A program made the position numbers and the translations under genes. Positions 1-13,330 of a stretch of 64,000 nt of DNA are shown piece after piece (positions within the stretch are counted from its first letter, which is position 1; each line of letters starts with the position of its first letter). This DNA is from Octopus sinensis (taxonomy: Eukaryota), in assembly GCF_006345805.1 (NCBI RefSeq), contig NC_043006.1:7750001-7814000 (forward strand). Reading direction: 5' to 3'. The notes under the pieces were generated by a model. It was not told the origin of the DNA, did no database searches, and worked only from the letters and a program-made list of their open reading frames with translations.

Positions 1-2227
1 AGGCTACCCTAACGTTCATTTCTTTATAGATTTATCGATACATCTTATTTCTACCCTGTAGTGGCGCATAAATTGTTAATTATTTATTTAATGAGTGTGA
101 CAATTTGTTTCTAATACCATAATGTTGTTTTTGAGCAATTCTTTCTTGGCGGGGAGTAATCGCATTCATTAATCCCACCAGATCTAAAACGTAGGTGTGA
201 TACGAGATGTATTCTCCGTTGTTTCATACTGATTTACTTTATATAGACACGATGTTTCTATGGTAGCGTAAAGTGTTCAGCTACAATGTAGTACAAAACC
301 TGTTTGGATGTTCTTATCATGGTTCTTCGTGCGATTCCAAGTTAATGCCCTGATACCTTAACTTAGAAAAAGATAATCAAATATTTGCAAATTACTCGAA
401 CGCACATAAGTAATTAATTTTTTAAAAACTTTCTCTTAAAATTATATCTATGTATTTTACACATCATAAGATGTTACATAATTCAAATTTTGTAGTGGAA
501 GAATAATGGATGAAATCAACCTTAGAAAATAGCATTACCGAGAACTAAACAATTTTTAACATTTTTTCATATGAATTAAGGCCTGAATAAAACCTATAGA
601 ATGATTTATTGTAGATGATATATAGATTTATTTACCGTTAGATTGGTGATAATGTCAGCAGTAGTAATCTCGGTATTTATCACCGAGTCAGGTATTCTGT
701 TGCAATATGTCAGTACTTGTAATATCGAGAGAATTCAAATGAATTCAATCATAACTATTTCGAAAAAAGATATTCACAATGAAAACGTCTATACAATGAT
801 GACATGAAGACATTAACAGTGATATTCCCTCAAGTAATAATAGATGTTCAACATGAAATATTGTTTTTATTGCAATGATAAAACTCTGTAGCGTAATTTC
901 TAAATTACTGTTGTCAAATATATTAGTTATCGTGGGGTATGCAATGAAAAGCGAGATGATGTTAGGTTTCAGAACTGATGGATAATAAAGATCTTGACAA
1001 TGTAGTTATTTTGGCATAGTCATTCGTTGTACACATACAATCACAATAGCAATTCACCTGCCTGAATCATTTTATTTTCTTTTTGTTGTTTTCTGCTTTC
1101 GAATGATGTGATTTATAACCAGGGGAAATCTCGAAACCGGTCAATTAAATGCTGTCTAATATTACATTCAAGCGTATTTAGTTTTCGCTTTCCGAATGTG
1201 GATCATTTCCATTTATGAAGAAATATCGGTTGTAACAACTCCGAATGTAACACACAAGATGTCCTCATAGTTTTTGTAAACTTTATGAAATTCTTCATAA
1301 TAAATGTAAATGACATTTAAATTTCATATTCTTAAGGAACGCTTTCGATATATCAATATATACCGTAAATCCTCGAAGGGGATATTTAGCGGGGTGTACT
1401 TCTGAAAAATCTAAACCTTGTGTATAATACGCACCCTTTCTCTAACTTGAGTCGTGCATAATTAAGCCAGCATTACCTAGTCGAACAAACAATATGCGCA
1501 ATACAATAATGGTGGTGTTCTTAACTGTTATATGGGAATGTAAATGTTTGCAAATTGTGTTTGTTACATGTTATTCAGTGTTCTGAATACTTTTATTTTA
1601 ATAAATGTTGCTTACTGCAAGTTAAGGATGATTCCTTTATGGCTGCATTGCTTTCAGGCTTAGCTTAAGGTATTTTCACGCCCGACAGCACAAAATGCAT
1701 CTGAATAAACATTGCAGGACAGCAAATAGAGACTCGGACATTGCTTAGAAAATAATTTTCATTTTTAACCTCGTATATAGTACGCACTAGGGATTTTGAC
1801 CTTTAAATTTTGGAGAAAAAATGCGGATTATACTCGAGGATTTACGGTACCTTGTAGAATATTTGTAATAAATTCTAATATTTTTGAGGCATGCTGTTGT
1901 TTTGGGACCAGTTATCAATCGATACAATATTTATTCAACATGATTGTCCGGCATGTTAGAAGTAGCAGTGAAATACACTCGAACCACACGCTATTTTCCG
2001 AATAAATGAAGTACATTGTTTCTAAAACTCTATGCAAATAAAACTCTTCAAAATAATTATTCACTACCTGGATGGTTTTAGGATAAACAAGAAAATAACG
2101 ACTGTATAATGACAACATCATTCATAAACAGCATTAAAATATTTACAATATATTTAACTTCATTACCGGTTTTTGAATATTTTATTCATTGAAATGGTTT
2201 CCTTACTGGGATATGTATTTGGTGACG

Positions 2228-2616
2228 GTGGAGGCGCAATGGCCCAGTGGTTAGGGCAGCGGACTCGCGGTCATAGGATCGCGGTTTCGATTCCCAGACC
2301 GGGCGTTGTGAGTGTTTATTGAGCGAAAACACCTAAAAGTTCGACGATGCTCCGGCAGGGGATGGTGGTGATCCCTGCTGTACTATTTCACCACAACTTT
2401 CTCTCACTCTTACTTCCTGTTTCTGTTGTACCTGTATTTCAAAGGGCCGGCCTTGTCACTCTCTGTGTCACGCTGACTCTACCCGAGAACTACGTAAAGG
2501 GTACACGTGTCTGTGGAGTGCTCAGCCACTTACACGTTAATTTCACGAGCAGGCTGTTCCGTTGATTCGGATCAACCGGAACCCTTCTCGTCTTAACCGG
2601 CGGAGTGCTTCCATCC
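2228..2616 (+). mobile_element. tRNA-derived SINE, family A, tail type 1
   Basis: Head GTGGAGGCGCAATGGCCCAGTGGTTAGGGCAGCGGACTCGCGG...GGTTTCGATTCCC has A/B-box-like motifs. TSD ATTTGGTGACG at 2217-2227 and 2617-2627. Near-identical copy at 52036. Confidence 0.9.
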
Positions 2617-4282
2617 ATTTGGTGACGAAATACTATTTTAAGCAACTTCGTATAATTGATCATATTATCACACAAATCAAGGATTACATCTCAAATGCTA
2701 ATATAATAATTTCAAGAAACCGCGCATTGTCTATATTCTAGAATAAGTATATATTTTCGTAAGCATTGTTGATGCAGTTAAATATATTTTTATACTCAGA
2801 TTTAATACTATTTTAACAGTGATATTCATTTTCTAACACTTTCTATGTTGGGAGAACTATTTTAAAATGTTGATGGTGGATTTAATCGGTCACTTGGTTT
2901 AACGGCGCTGCATATGGGTTACCTTGGCGGATGTATTTTGCTATACACATTCGATATTTTCTAGTCTATCATCGTATCTGATAATAACACATGAATAGTG
3001 GTTTCTTCCTCTCTTTCCCCTGCATATCTATGAGTTTCTACCAAAACCCCGCGTGTGTTTCCGTTCCTTTTCTGTCCCCCCTAAAAACAGTTTTGGACAA
3101 AGATTTACAAACATCTTTGGAATTCTCGAAAGAAGTTTTGTATTCGTTACGGATATTATTGCCAGAAATACACAACGCAACGGAAATAAGTTGCCAAGAC
3201 AATATTATTTAATTGTAGAAGTTTTGATACATAGAAATATTATTATAGCAGTATTGTGAGAGGATGCTGGGTAATCCTACCATGTTTGCATATGAACATT
3301 CCAGGTCTAAATATTGAATTCTCTGTCATTAAGCCATGTTAGATTTAAGAATTAAGACAAAACTGAACAGAAACTGTAGATTAATCTCATATTGCGTTCA
3401 ATGTATATTTTCAATGAAGGAGAAAACCAATATTTCAACCTGCACTTTTACAAATTATGAAAGTAATGACAAGATTGTCATCAATATATTGTTTGTAATG
3501 TAATTAAATGTAACAAAATATGATGATTATATATCAATCGTGACATTAATTATAATGATATTATGACAAAAAAATGACAGCTACATTCTCTTGTATTTAG
3601 TTTCTCTTATTATATTATTGATGAAAACGCAGCAACAGCAGTGAATAGCTATCAACGCATTACCTGTTGTCTAGCATCATATTTCCATAGAAGTAAATAT
3701 CATGAACTTGCCATCATGTATTTTATTAGAAAAAAGAAGGTTTCGTTTTACACGGCTACCATTGGTTACATGTCATTTCTATAGTATTTATTTTAGCCTA
3801 ATCATTCAATTAATTTGCCTCTTTTGTTTACCATGCGTAATTCATATGAAAATTAGCATTGTCAGGAAAGTCAGCCTAATCCAAATAACCGCCTGCTTAT
3901 CCAATTAATTGAATTAGTAACATGTCAAAGCACAAAACTGTCCAATGTTTCTATTCTCAGCCTTAAACATATTTACTGAACTAAAGCTAAAATACAGACA
4001 TGTTGATATTTTCATTTATTCTCTGCTCAGTTGATCCTAAACAAAAAAATATATATAGTCGCTAGAATCAAGTAAATTATTCTGATACAGACTTCAATGT
4101 ATATGCAAACTTAATCCTCTTATCTCATGTCACCGAGCTTCAATATAGATTCAAAAACGTGTACGGAGATGACAATAGATATAGTTAAGACAAAAATGAA
4201 TAGAAAATATCAAATTGAAATTGAAAATCCTGCAATTGAATACACTTATAGATTTATATGATTTCTCTACTGAATATATATA

Positions 4283-4345
<63 letters not shown>

Positions 4346-4920
4346 TATATTTCTAATATGTGTTTGTCATATGATGCAATTTATTTTTTGTTATTCGAAA
4401 TAAATAGCATAAAATGGGGTTATTTGTGGATGCAGAGTTCTCAATGTAATTATTTCGAGTCGTTCAATAGCATACATTTTATTTTTAGGTTCACTGAATG
4501 AAACTCCATCAAAAGGATATTAATAAATATTTAAGAGAAAAGAATATGAAACAAAACAACTCCCAACTGACAGTAATATATAAATATTGATTATGCTTAT
4601 CTCTGAAGGGTTTTCATACAATGAAATTTAATGAAGTTGCAACAATATCACTGTATATTAAAACATGCAGAGACAATAAAACTGCATTTGTATTTACATG
4701 CAGCAATACATGTATCAGTAGAATGGATCAATACGTAGCAAATAATTTTCCAAGTCTTGTGATAAGAAACAAACGTCGAATCAGAAACAACTATTGTTAC
4801 ACACACACAAATACTCATGGACACACACAGGCACACAGACGCACACTCACACACATATATACACACATACACATACATACGCACTCACACATACGAACAC
4901 AAACGCAAACATTATATATG

Positions 4921-5225
4921 TTTATCGTCACCGTCACCGACCAGGCTATCAGATGTTGCTACACATCGCTGGTCACAATGCGCTACGCATTGTTTTAGCC
5001 TTCAAATGACAACATCCCGTTGGCTAAGCGAGCAGGCCAAACAGAAGAAAGAGTGAGAGAAAGTTGTGGCGAATGAGTACGGCAGGGGTCGCCACCACCC
5101 CCTGCCCCGTGGAGCTTTAGGTGTTTTCGCTCAATAAACACTCACAACGCCCGGTCTGGGAATCGAAACCGTGATCCTACGACCGTGAGTCCGCTGCCCT
5201 AACCACTGGGCCATTGCGCCTCCAC
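4921..5225 (-). mobile_element. SINE family A, tail type 2
   Basis: Reverse complement of the family A head at about 5160-5225. The tail differs from the 2228 copy and matches 30552-30665 and 32880-33000. Confidence 0.85.
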
Positions 5226-5760
5226 ATATGTGTTTATATGTGTGTGAATACATACTCGATAATGGTGAGGATTTAGTACAACCAGAAGAAGTTAAATATG
5301 TGAAGATAGGCCCATATATATATGGCTGCTAGTTATTCAATGACCCAAGGAAGACTTAAAGCAAAGTCGGCCAAAGCCTGGTTTGATTCAAGAATGTTGA
5401 CTAGCATAATTTGCCCTAACAGTCATCCACTACCCTCTGTGGATAAAACCTTGATAACAAAAAAAACAACAATACTACAGTGTTTAATCATGCGAGATAT
5501 ATTTCCAGTGTGTCCAAGCATGAAATCAAAAATGCTTTTAGGCAGAGTGAACCGAAAAAAATCAAAATAGTTAAACTGAAATTTATGATACACTGAGGTA
5601 AACACTGCCAATAATCTCCCTCATGCACACAGGAACATATGTGTGTGTGAGTGTGTGAGTGTATGTGTGTGTGTCTGTGTGTGTGTATGTGTGCGTGCGT
5701 GTACGTATGTGTGTTCATATATATATTTTATGTATATTTATGCATATTTATGTATATTTA

Positions 5761-6177
5761 AGGCGCAGGAGTGGCTGTGTGGTAAGTAGCTTGCTAACCA
5801 ACCATATGGTTCCGGGTTCAGTCCCCTGCGTGGCATCTTGGGCAAGTGTCTTCTGCTATAGCCCCGGGCCGACCAATGCCTTGTGAGTGGATTTGGTAGA
5901 CGGAAACTGAAAGAAGCCTGTCGTATATATGTATATATATATGTATGTATGTGTGTGTTTGTGTGTCTGTGTTTGTCCCCCTAGCATTGCTTGACAACCG
6001 ATGCTGGTGTGTTTACGTCCCCGTCACTTAGCGGTTCGGCAAAAGAGACCGATAGAATAAGTACTGGGCTTACAAAGAATAAGTCCCGGGGTCGATTTGC
6101 TCGACTGAAAAAAGGCGGTGCTCCAGCATGGCCGCAGTCAAATGACTGAAACAAGTAAAAGAGTAAAAGAGTAAGAG

Positions 6178-6178
<1 letters not shown>
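5761..6178 (+). mobile_element. tRNA-derived SINE, family B (CORE-like central domain)
   Basis: Head GGCGCAGGAGTGGCTGTGTGGTAAG...GGTTCAGTCCC, then TTGGGCAAGTGTCTT (CORE-like), an internal microsatellite, and tail CAGCATGGCCGCAGTCAAATGACTGAAACAAGTAAAAGAGT. Several copies in window. Confidence 0.9.
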
Positions 6179-6214
<36 letters not shown>

Positions 6215-6229
6215 ACACACACATATATA

Positions 6230-6476
6230 CGTGGTCTGATCAATAAGTATCCGCGCGGTTGCTAAAGTAACAAAGCCATAGCATGCAGAGTAAAGCCGCT
6301 TAGCAGAGATCGACCTTGAGCTCTGCTGCGCATGCGCACTAAGTTTTAACGTTTCAGCTCACTTCCGCAATGCTTCGAAGGAAGTTGTGTAGGGCGTGAC
6401 TGTCGCATTGCTCAGGATAGAGAAAGTTGAGCAGAGAATCTCCATCAAATTTTGCCAAAAGCTTGGCGATACATGG
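6230..6476 (+). mobile_element. mariner-type DNA transposon, 5' end fragment
   Basis: TA followed by TIR-like CGTGGTCTGATCAATAAGT. 6420-6473 translates EKVEQRISIKFCQKLGDT, typical of the mariner transposase N-terminal HTH. Confidence 0.7.
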
Positions 6477-6914
6477 TCTCGTTAATAGATGTAACGTCAA
6501 AGGAAATTTATAGAAAGAGAAGGAGAAAGAAAGAAATGAGCAGAAAACTAACAGTGAAGAAATAGGGAGCGATAAGTAAGTAGAAAAAAAGTTTAAAGGT
6601 GTGGAAATAGATATATATATAATGGATATATCTATTCACAGTTAAAGTTCGAGTTCTGTCTATTAGTAAAAATTACTTATAGGAACTAAAGGTATGTTTT
6701 TGCCAATGCTTGAAACGATAAACGCGTTCTTTAAACGTGTTTAGAAGATGATTCTTTGAGAACAGACCTACTTTTATCATAAAGAAACGACTTAGATAGA
6801 ATATTCCGTTCAAAATTAAATTGTTTATTATGTTCTTTAAGAGACCAAATTTATTTACTAAGCCCAGTATTTCCGTGTTGTTTGTACACATTGAAAAAAT
6901 TCACGTACATTTAT

Positions 6915-6947
<33 letters not shown>

Positions 6948-7405
6948 CACACACAGAGATACCTATACAGACGTACACAAACACACACATACACACATGT
7001 CTGTTTGTATGTATGTGCTTCAAATATGTTAAAGTAATCTTTGCATACAGGATGATAAAAATTGCATGCGGTATTATTTCTATAAGCAAAACAATACTTA
7101 CTAATTAGTTACTGGAAGTTTACACGCACCGGATACCGACAATTTGTAACTTCTTTTTCAAGTTTTCATGAGACCGAATAAAGCAACTAGAAACGTATAC
7201 GACACAAACCAACAAACTGGCTTCAATTATTGTTGTTTGGAGTATTATTTTACACTTGTTTCCGATCTTTTTTTTTTTTCGTTTTTGTTTAATTTTAAAA
7301 GAAAATCACCCTTCATTAGCAAAAGTTTTTTCGTATATTTTTTCGCCAGAACTTGAACCGTCATAGATATTTTTCATTCACTACAAAACACCCAGCAACA
7401 TATTG

Positions 7406-7790
7406 TTTATTACCTCCAACTTAGCGAAAGTAGAGGTATTGTTTTCAGTCATGTTTGGTTGTTTTTTTGTCCGTGGACAAGATATCTCAAGAACCGCTGG
7501 ATGGATTCGGATAAAACTTTTAGAGATGTTTGGCCTCGTGACCGGCACGAACTATTTAGATTTTGGGATCGATCCGGTACCGGACAAGAATTCTGGATTA
7601 TTCTTGCTGGGTTTTTTTCTGTTTTACTTAATTTTTTAGAGCAGTCGAGTTCAATTTTAGGATTCTCATTTGTGAGAGCAGTGGATTTATTTCAGATATT
7701 CTCATTCTAAAAACCATCTCTGGCTAATCGTTGAGAGGACGTTGGTGTTGCCTGTGCGGAGGTTTGCCCTCTCTCAGTGCTCTTGTTTTT
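7406..7790 (+). mobile_element. non-autonomous Helentron-associated (HINE/DINE-like) element
   Basis: Starts TTTATTACCTCC...GAGGTA (hairpin), continues GTTTTTTTGTCCGTGGACAAGATATCTCAAG, and ends GGAGGTTTGCCCTCTCTCAGTGCTCTTGTTTTT. Layout resembles HINE-type elements; family call is from recall. Confidence 0.55.
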
Positions 7791-7877
7791 GTCTATTTTT
7801 GCTTTCATCTGGCAACAATAATAATTTTTTTAAGATACATAAAAATTTTCACTAAATTGATGGTTCTAATTAATCTA

Positions 7878-8108
7878 GGCGGCGAGCTGGCAGAAACGTT
7901 GGCACGCCGGGCGAAATGCTTAGCGGTATTTCGTCTGCGTTACGTAGTGAGTTCGAATTCCGCCGAGGTCGATTTTGCCTTTCATCCTTTCGGGGTTGAT
8001 AAATTAAGTACCAGTTACGCACTGGCGTTGATGTAATCGACTTAATCCGTTTCTCTGTCCTTGTTTGTCCCCTCTGTGTTTAGCCCCTTGTGGGTAATAA
8101 AGAAATAG
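7878..8108 (+). mobile_element. SINE family C (Meta-domain-like centre)
   Basis: GGCGGCGAGCTGGCAGAAACGTTGGCACGCC...GCCTTTCATCCTTTCGGGG...TAATAAAGAAATA. 16-bp TSD GGTTCTAATTAATCTA on both sides. Confidence 0.9.
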
Positions 8109-8559
8109 GTTCTAATTAATCTATGTTATACTTGATATTTCTTAAGCGTTGCATATCCATATGAAAGAAAATATTCTGGGCTGGGTAACGCTTTTCTTAG
8201 TAATTTCAATGTGATTAGTTAAACTTACGAACGGACCAATTTCTACAGTACTAGTCGACCCATTAGAAATTTTTGGAATATAAATATTATAAAAATGGCA
8301 CCTAGTTTTTTAAAATAAAAATTTACATTTTCATATTGTTGTGAAGGGGAAATAAAGTGGTCACAGGCCATACGTTACACACATACACACACACACAAGC
8401 ACACACATACTCACACACATATATTTGTATGCACACACTTACACACACGCACATGCGCGCGCACACACAGACACACGTATGTATATAAATGATGGTTGAC
8501 CACCACAACCGAGGTAGGCCATCAGTAATCACAATTACATTGCCATGCAAACCGCCAGG

Positions 8560-9110
8560 AATGCATGTGTATGAGATCATTGAACCTGCGTTCGGCTTCC
8601 CCCGGGTTTATGCCCTCAGCTACTATGCTTGCCACGACGCCCTCCCACTCGCCCGGGGCATCGGAACACCGCCCTCCTATGATTGTGCATCATGAAATAT
8701 TAGATCTAATAATCTTTAATACCTCTCAGGCCCTCTCCGCCTATAGATATAATCCAGATAAAGTAATCCAGTACCAATATAGACCACAGCCTCAAGAATG
8801 TGGGAGCGCCATTATCCCAAGCGCAAGTGGAAAACCCCCAAAATGTTCAATATCATTGGCTGCATATCTGCTTTTATATCAGAGTGACCTTCTCTTAGAG
8901 ACATGCTTTAACAAAATCTGAGGGGTGCCTCACTCCCACTCGTTACCGAGTGCGCCGGACACCAATTCGGAATTTCTGAGGGCCTTTGCTATTGAGATAG
9001 TTGCGGAGCCTAAACTAGGTTAATCCGTCCTTTTAACAGGTCTTGTTTTTCATATTGCTGGATTCGTGACAACCTTACACTCCAGATAAGCCTAGAGGTG
9101 ATGTCGGTGT
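8560..9110 (-). mobile_element. degraded L1/Tx1-like LINE fragment (post-RT region)
   Basis: GC-richer island. The minus strand gives IMALPHS*GCGL, resembling the LPxxxGGLGL motif after the RT domain. Many stops. Confidence 0.35.
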
Positions 9111-9209
9111 AAGATTGTATGTTACCAGTAGCACTCATAACAGACTTCACAAGTGACCTCACACGCGCGCATACTCATGTATATATACATATACATGTAT
9201 ATATATATA

Positions 9210-9279
<70 letters not shown>

Positions 9280-9990
9280 CAGGGTGTTAGGGCTAACTAC
9301 GACAGCTTGCATAAAGGGAAAAGAAAACACAATATTCCATCCAAGGATAAAAGTATTTTTAAGATCTCAAAAATCTATCAACTTGATTATGGCTGGGAGT
9401 TGCTAACTTACTCAAAGTAGCCGCTCTTAGCTTGCACCACAGTCTCAAGACGGCTCTGGAACCTGCAGTGTGCATGCCTTACTGAACCCCTGGGAATATC
9501 TTGCAATACCTCCTTGATCTTGGCCATCGACTCGGCCTTGGTGTCGCAGGCAGAGCACTGGGTGTCTTTCTCAATCCCGTACCGCACATAGATAACAGTC
9601 GTGGGAACTGGGAGACTACGAATTTTGTCTGAAATCGTTGAAATTCTTCGACAACCATTTCTGACTATTTCCACCGAATCCTGCTGCCACAAATAAGGCC
9701 TTCCAGCAGCAACCCTCTGAATTGCGTCTAACGCCTTGTTCAAAGTTATGGAGCCGAACACCGACAATCGGACTGAGTCTCTTCTTGCTGGTCGCGGCTT
9801 TGTATTTTCCTTTGCAGCTGTCCATGTCACCTTTCACAACCTTAACATTGATCAGAACCTTGAGCATCTTTTGGTATCGCCGTTTTGAAACTCGGAGCGA
9901 AGCAGCATGATACAGGTTACTCTTTTTCAATATTCAGATGGCTTCTAATACTGTATGTAAGCTAACTGGTTCTCAGCCGCACCTTCAATC
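9280..9990 (-). mobile_element. Tc1/mariner-superfamily transposase fragment (maT/DD37D-like) with 3' TIR
   Basis: Frameshifted ORF pieces RVAAGRPYLWQQDS, SQKWLSKNF and AKIKEVLQDIPR...RFQSRLETVVQAKSGYFE*. Terminus TA|CAGGGTG at 9278-9286. Confidence 0.75.
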
Positions 9991-9996
9991 TTTATG

Positions 9997-10722
9997 TAAA
10001 CTTTAGGTTCGCTAAAATATATTTGTGGCATATTTCAAATTGTAAAAACAAATTCACTGCAGTTACTATGGAGAAATTATTCTCTGTTATGTTAAATGGT
10101 ATAAAAACACTATATTGCCATCAATTGGATTCTCAAGCGCTCCGTTTATCGGTCTTTAGCCTTCCTGAATGGGAAATATCGAAGAGAGGTAACTCTAAAC
10201 AGATTTAAAGACATCGATTTAAGCCAATGACACTTATGAACGTAGATTTAAATCAATGACATTTACTGAGCTACGCTATTGGACCACACGGTAGGGAGAA
10301 ATTAAGCACTATCAGCACCAAGCAGTGGTCAGATATACGGACACTTTAGGTTAATTGAAATATTTTTGTGACATATTCCAACTTCTAAAGGCAAATTCAC
10401 TGCAGTTAGCGTGGATAAAACTATTCTCTCTTATAATAAAAGGTGTTACTTCTCTCCATTGGCGAAGTCTAAAGAACCAAAAACCCTCTGTCAGATATTC
10501 AGACGCAGCGTTTCTGCTTAGATTTACCTCTCTTCGATATTTCCTGGAAGCCAGAGCCAGGAACGCTGCGCCTGGTAATCCGACTGAGGGCAATACTGAG
10601 CAGATATTGTATTTTTACATTTTTTACCGTAAGAGAGAGTGTTTCTCCACAGAAATTGCAATGAATTAACATTAAGAAGTTGATATATGTTGCAAACATA
10701 TTTTAACTAACCTAAAGTTCAC
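9997..10722. mobile_element. fold-back/MITE-like element with diverged ~210-bp inverted arms and an internal extra arm copy
   Basis: 9997-10205 is homologous to the reverse complement of 10510-10722 (AACTTTAGGTT..AAAATAT; GAAATATCGAAGAGAGGTAA). 10342-10445 is a direct partial copy of the left arm. Confidence 0.65.
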
Positions 10723-10869
10723 GCATGCGTAATCACTGCTTGGCGCTGATATTATTGAATTTAATCCTTATGCTTTCTAGGGCTGTTGACTGTTCACCAA
10801 TGCATCAAAGTGTCCCTGAGTAAAAGAGACATAAGAATCGTCAAATTTAAACCCGAACACACCGTGTAG

Positions 10870-10950
10870 ATAGATAGATTGACTGATTGATTGATTGATT
10901 AATAGATTGATTGGTTGATTGATTGACTGATTGATTGATTGATTGGTTGA
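10870..10950. repeat. (GATT)n microsatellite
   Basis: Read directly. Confidence 0.9.
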
Positions 10951-12971
10951 TCGATGGACATAATATTATATATCAATGTGTGTATGTATATATAATCTGT
11001 GTTTTGTAACCACCACGTTTTCTTTTCACAGCTATGTTAAAACGAGAAATTTATGTTTTACAAAACCAGGTGTCACTTTATATTTACATTTCAGACTATT
11101 CATAACAAGCCGAGTAATGAAGTATGAATTTGTTCATATGTGAGTTTAACTAATCGATTTGAAATTACCAGCAAATGCATTAGACATATTTTCCTATATA
11201 TGGATATGCAATGATTTAGTAAAATCAAGTATGACAGATACATGAACTAGAATCATCGAGTTAGTGTTAACTTGTATTATTCTTAAAAATCTGTATTATT
11301 GCAACCAGATCAATGCAGAAATATATAACGTGTAGCAGTGTTGCTTGATATTTTGTAGTGAATGCAAAATATTTATGATGGTTCAAATTCTGGTGAAAAA
11401 ATATATGAAACAACTTCCGTTAATGAAGTCAGCTTTTATGAGAAAAAACGTAAACAAGTGTAATATAATGCCCCAAACTACAATAATTGAATTCAGTTTG
11501 TTGTTTTCCAGTGTTGTATTTGTTTTTGGTTGCTTTACTTGGTCTCAAGAAACCTTGAAAAAAATGACACGTTGTCGGTATCCGTTGTGTGTATCGTTGC
11601 AGTAACTAATTAGTAAGTATTGCTTTGCTTATAGAAATAATATTGCATCCAATTTTTAATATCTAGCATGCAAGAAGATTTCTTTAATAAGTTTCAAACC
11701 AATCACAGTTATCCATAATATATCTGTATCGCTGTCTTACTTTCCTCTTATCTCAAATTTCGTGTATTTTCTGCTTTGTTATTCTTGTTTTGTGTCTTTT
11801 CTAAGTAAGATGGTATAAAGCAATTTTGTTAGCAAATTAGGAACTAAAAATATGTGCGAAATAGGAAATAATTCCGTATATGAACGGTAAAATAAAATAA
11901 AATAAAATAAAATAAAATAAACAGACAAAATGTAACTAATATCGTTTCTGCAGGCTTCAATTTTTACAAATAAAAAAATGCAAAATATTCTGATGTTCAG
12001 TTAATTAAATTGTTATTGAGAAACTTGAATTTAATATATTTACAGAACTTGTTGGTAGAAGTGAAACAGAAATCAACTAAAACATAAAGTAAATATTGAA
12101 ATATACTATAGAAACTAGTGTCTCGGTAATAAATGTAATGGAAATAGAAATAATATGAAGAAGATTATAACTTACGAAGTATTAAATGTAGCTAAAAACA
12201 AATAATTGAATAAACATGTAGAAATGTGTGTAATGATAATATAATTATACAAAAGAAAAAGAAAATTCTATAACAAGGCACGTGCACTTGTTTAAAGAAG
12301 TAAACTGAATAAAGATGGCGTCTTTTGAGCATAACAGAGTGTATTTATTGCTTGTATGACCAACTGTCGTATTCGAGGTAATTTTATTTTGTTGATCTTA
12401 TTTTTGTTTCAAATCTGTCAAGCAAATCATCTTTAAAGCAATTTATTACGGTTCAAAATTGTTCTCTAGCTATATCATTCCTATGAAACTCCCTTTGAGA
12501 AACATATATATTAATAAAACAACATTGTACTGATACGTCTATTACAATATATTTTAGTATTTGCCGAAACCCTAAAGCAATTTGATGGTTTCCGGTGCAG
12601 TGCATAGCTTGACATGGTTTTCTTTCTATACATTTCATTCCCAAACACATATAAACGCATACAGTTATCAAAACGGGGAAAGCAATAAAGTTTTCTTATC
12701 TTCATACTTCATATAAACCTTCAATTGCATGTTACCCATATTGTACAAAATTGATCTTTGATTTTTGCTATAAGGTTCGTAATCTTGTTTATCACGTTTT
12801 AGAGTAGATGAAAGCCATTAATTACCGTTGACTAATCTTTCGTCACTTACTATATTTGTCTCATTTTTTATATAGTATAAAATAGGAACGCCTATGCTTG
12901 TAACAATTGAATATGTACGTGTGTGTGTGTCTGTGTGCGCGCGTCTGTGCGTGTGTAAGAATAAATTTTCC

Positions 12972-13330
12972 AAAATGAATAAAGAAACTCGAAGGATTGC
13001 TTTGGTACAACGGTAGTACACGTATCATGTCTACCGGAGATGTGGATTCGAGTCCCGCTAGCAGTCTTCGACTTCTCTATCCAAGAGGTTTATTCAGCTC
13101 AAGATTAACATTATTAATCATCGCTTTGTGAACTTCGAGATTCTGTGCGTGTGCTTTGGAATCTCGAAGTTCACAAAGCGATGAATAATAATGTTAATCT
13201 TGAGCTGAATAAACCTCTCGGATAGAGAAGTCGAAGACTGCTAGCGGGACTCGAATCCACATCTCCGGTAGACATGATACGTGTACTACCGTTGTACCAA
13301 AGCAATCCTTCGAGTTTCTTTATCCATTTT
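12972..13330. repeat. near-perfect palindrome (172-bp arms, 15-nt loop) with tRNA-like sequence in each arm
   Basis: 12972-13143 is the reverse complement of 13159-13330 with 3 mismatches. Loop TGTGCGTGTGCTTTG. Confidence 0.95.

Noticed and set aside
2228-2300. tRNA-Arg-like sequence (TCG) as a tRNA gene
   Set aside because: It is the head of a multi-copy SINE that continues into a body and tail with a TSD.
2347-2565. Similar ORFs MLRQGMVVIPAVLFHHNF at 2347 and 52106 suggesting a gene family
   Set aside because: Both lie inside SINE family A copies; the similarity is repeat-derived.
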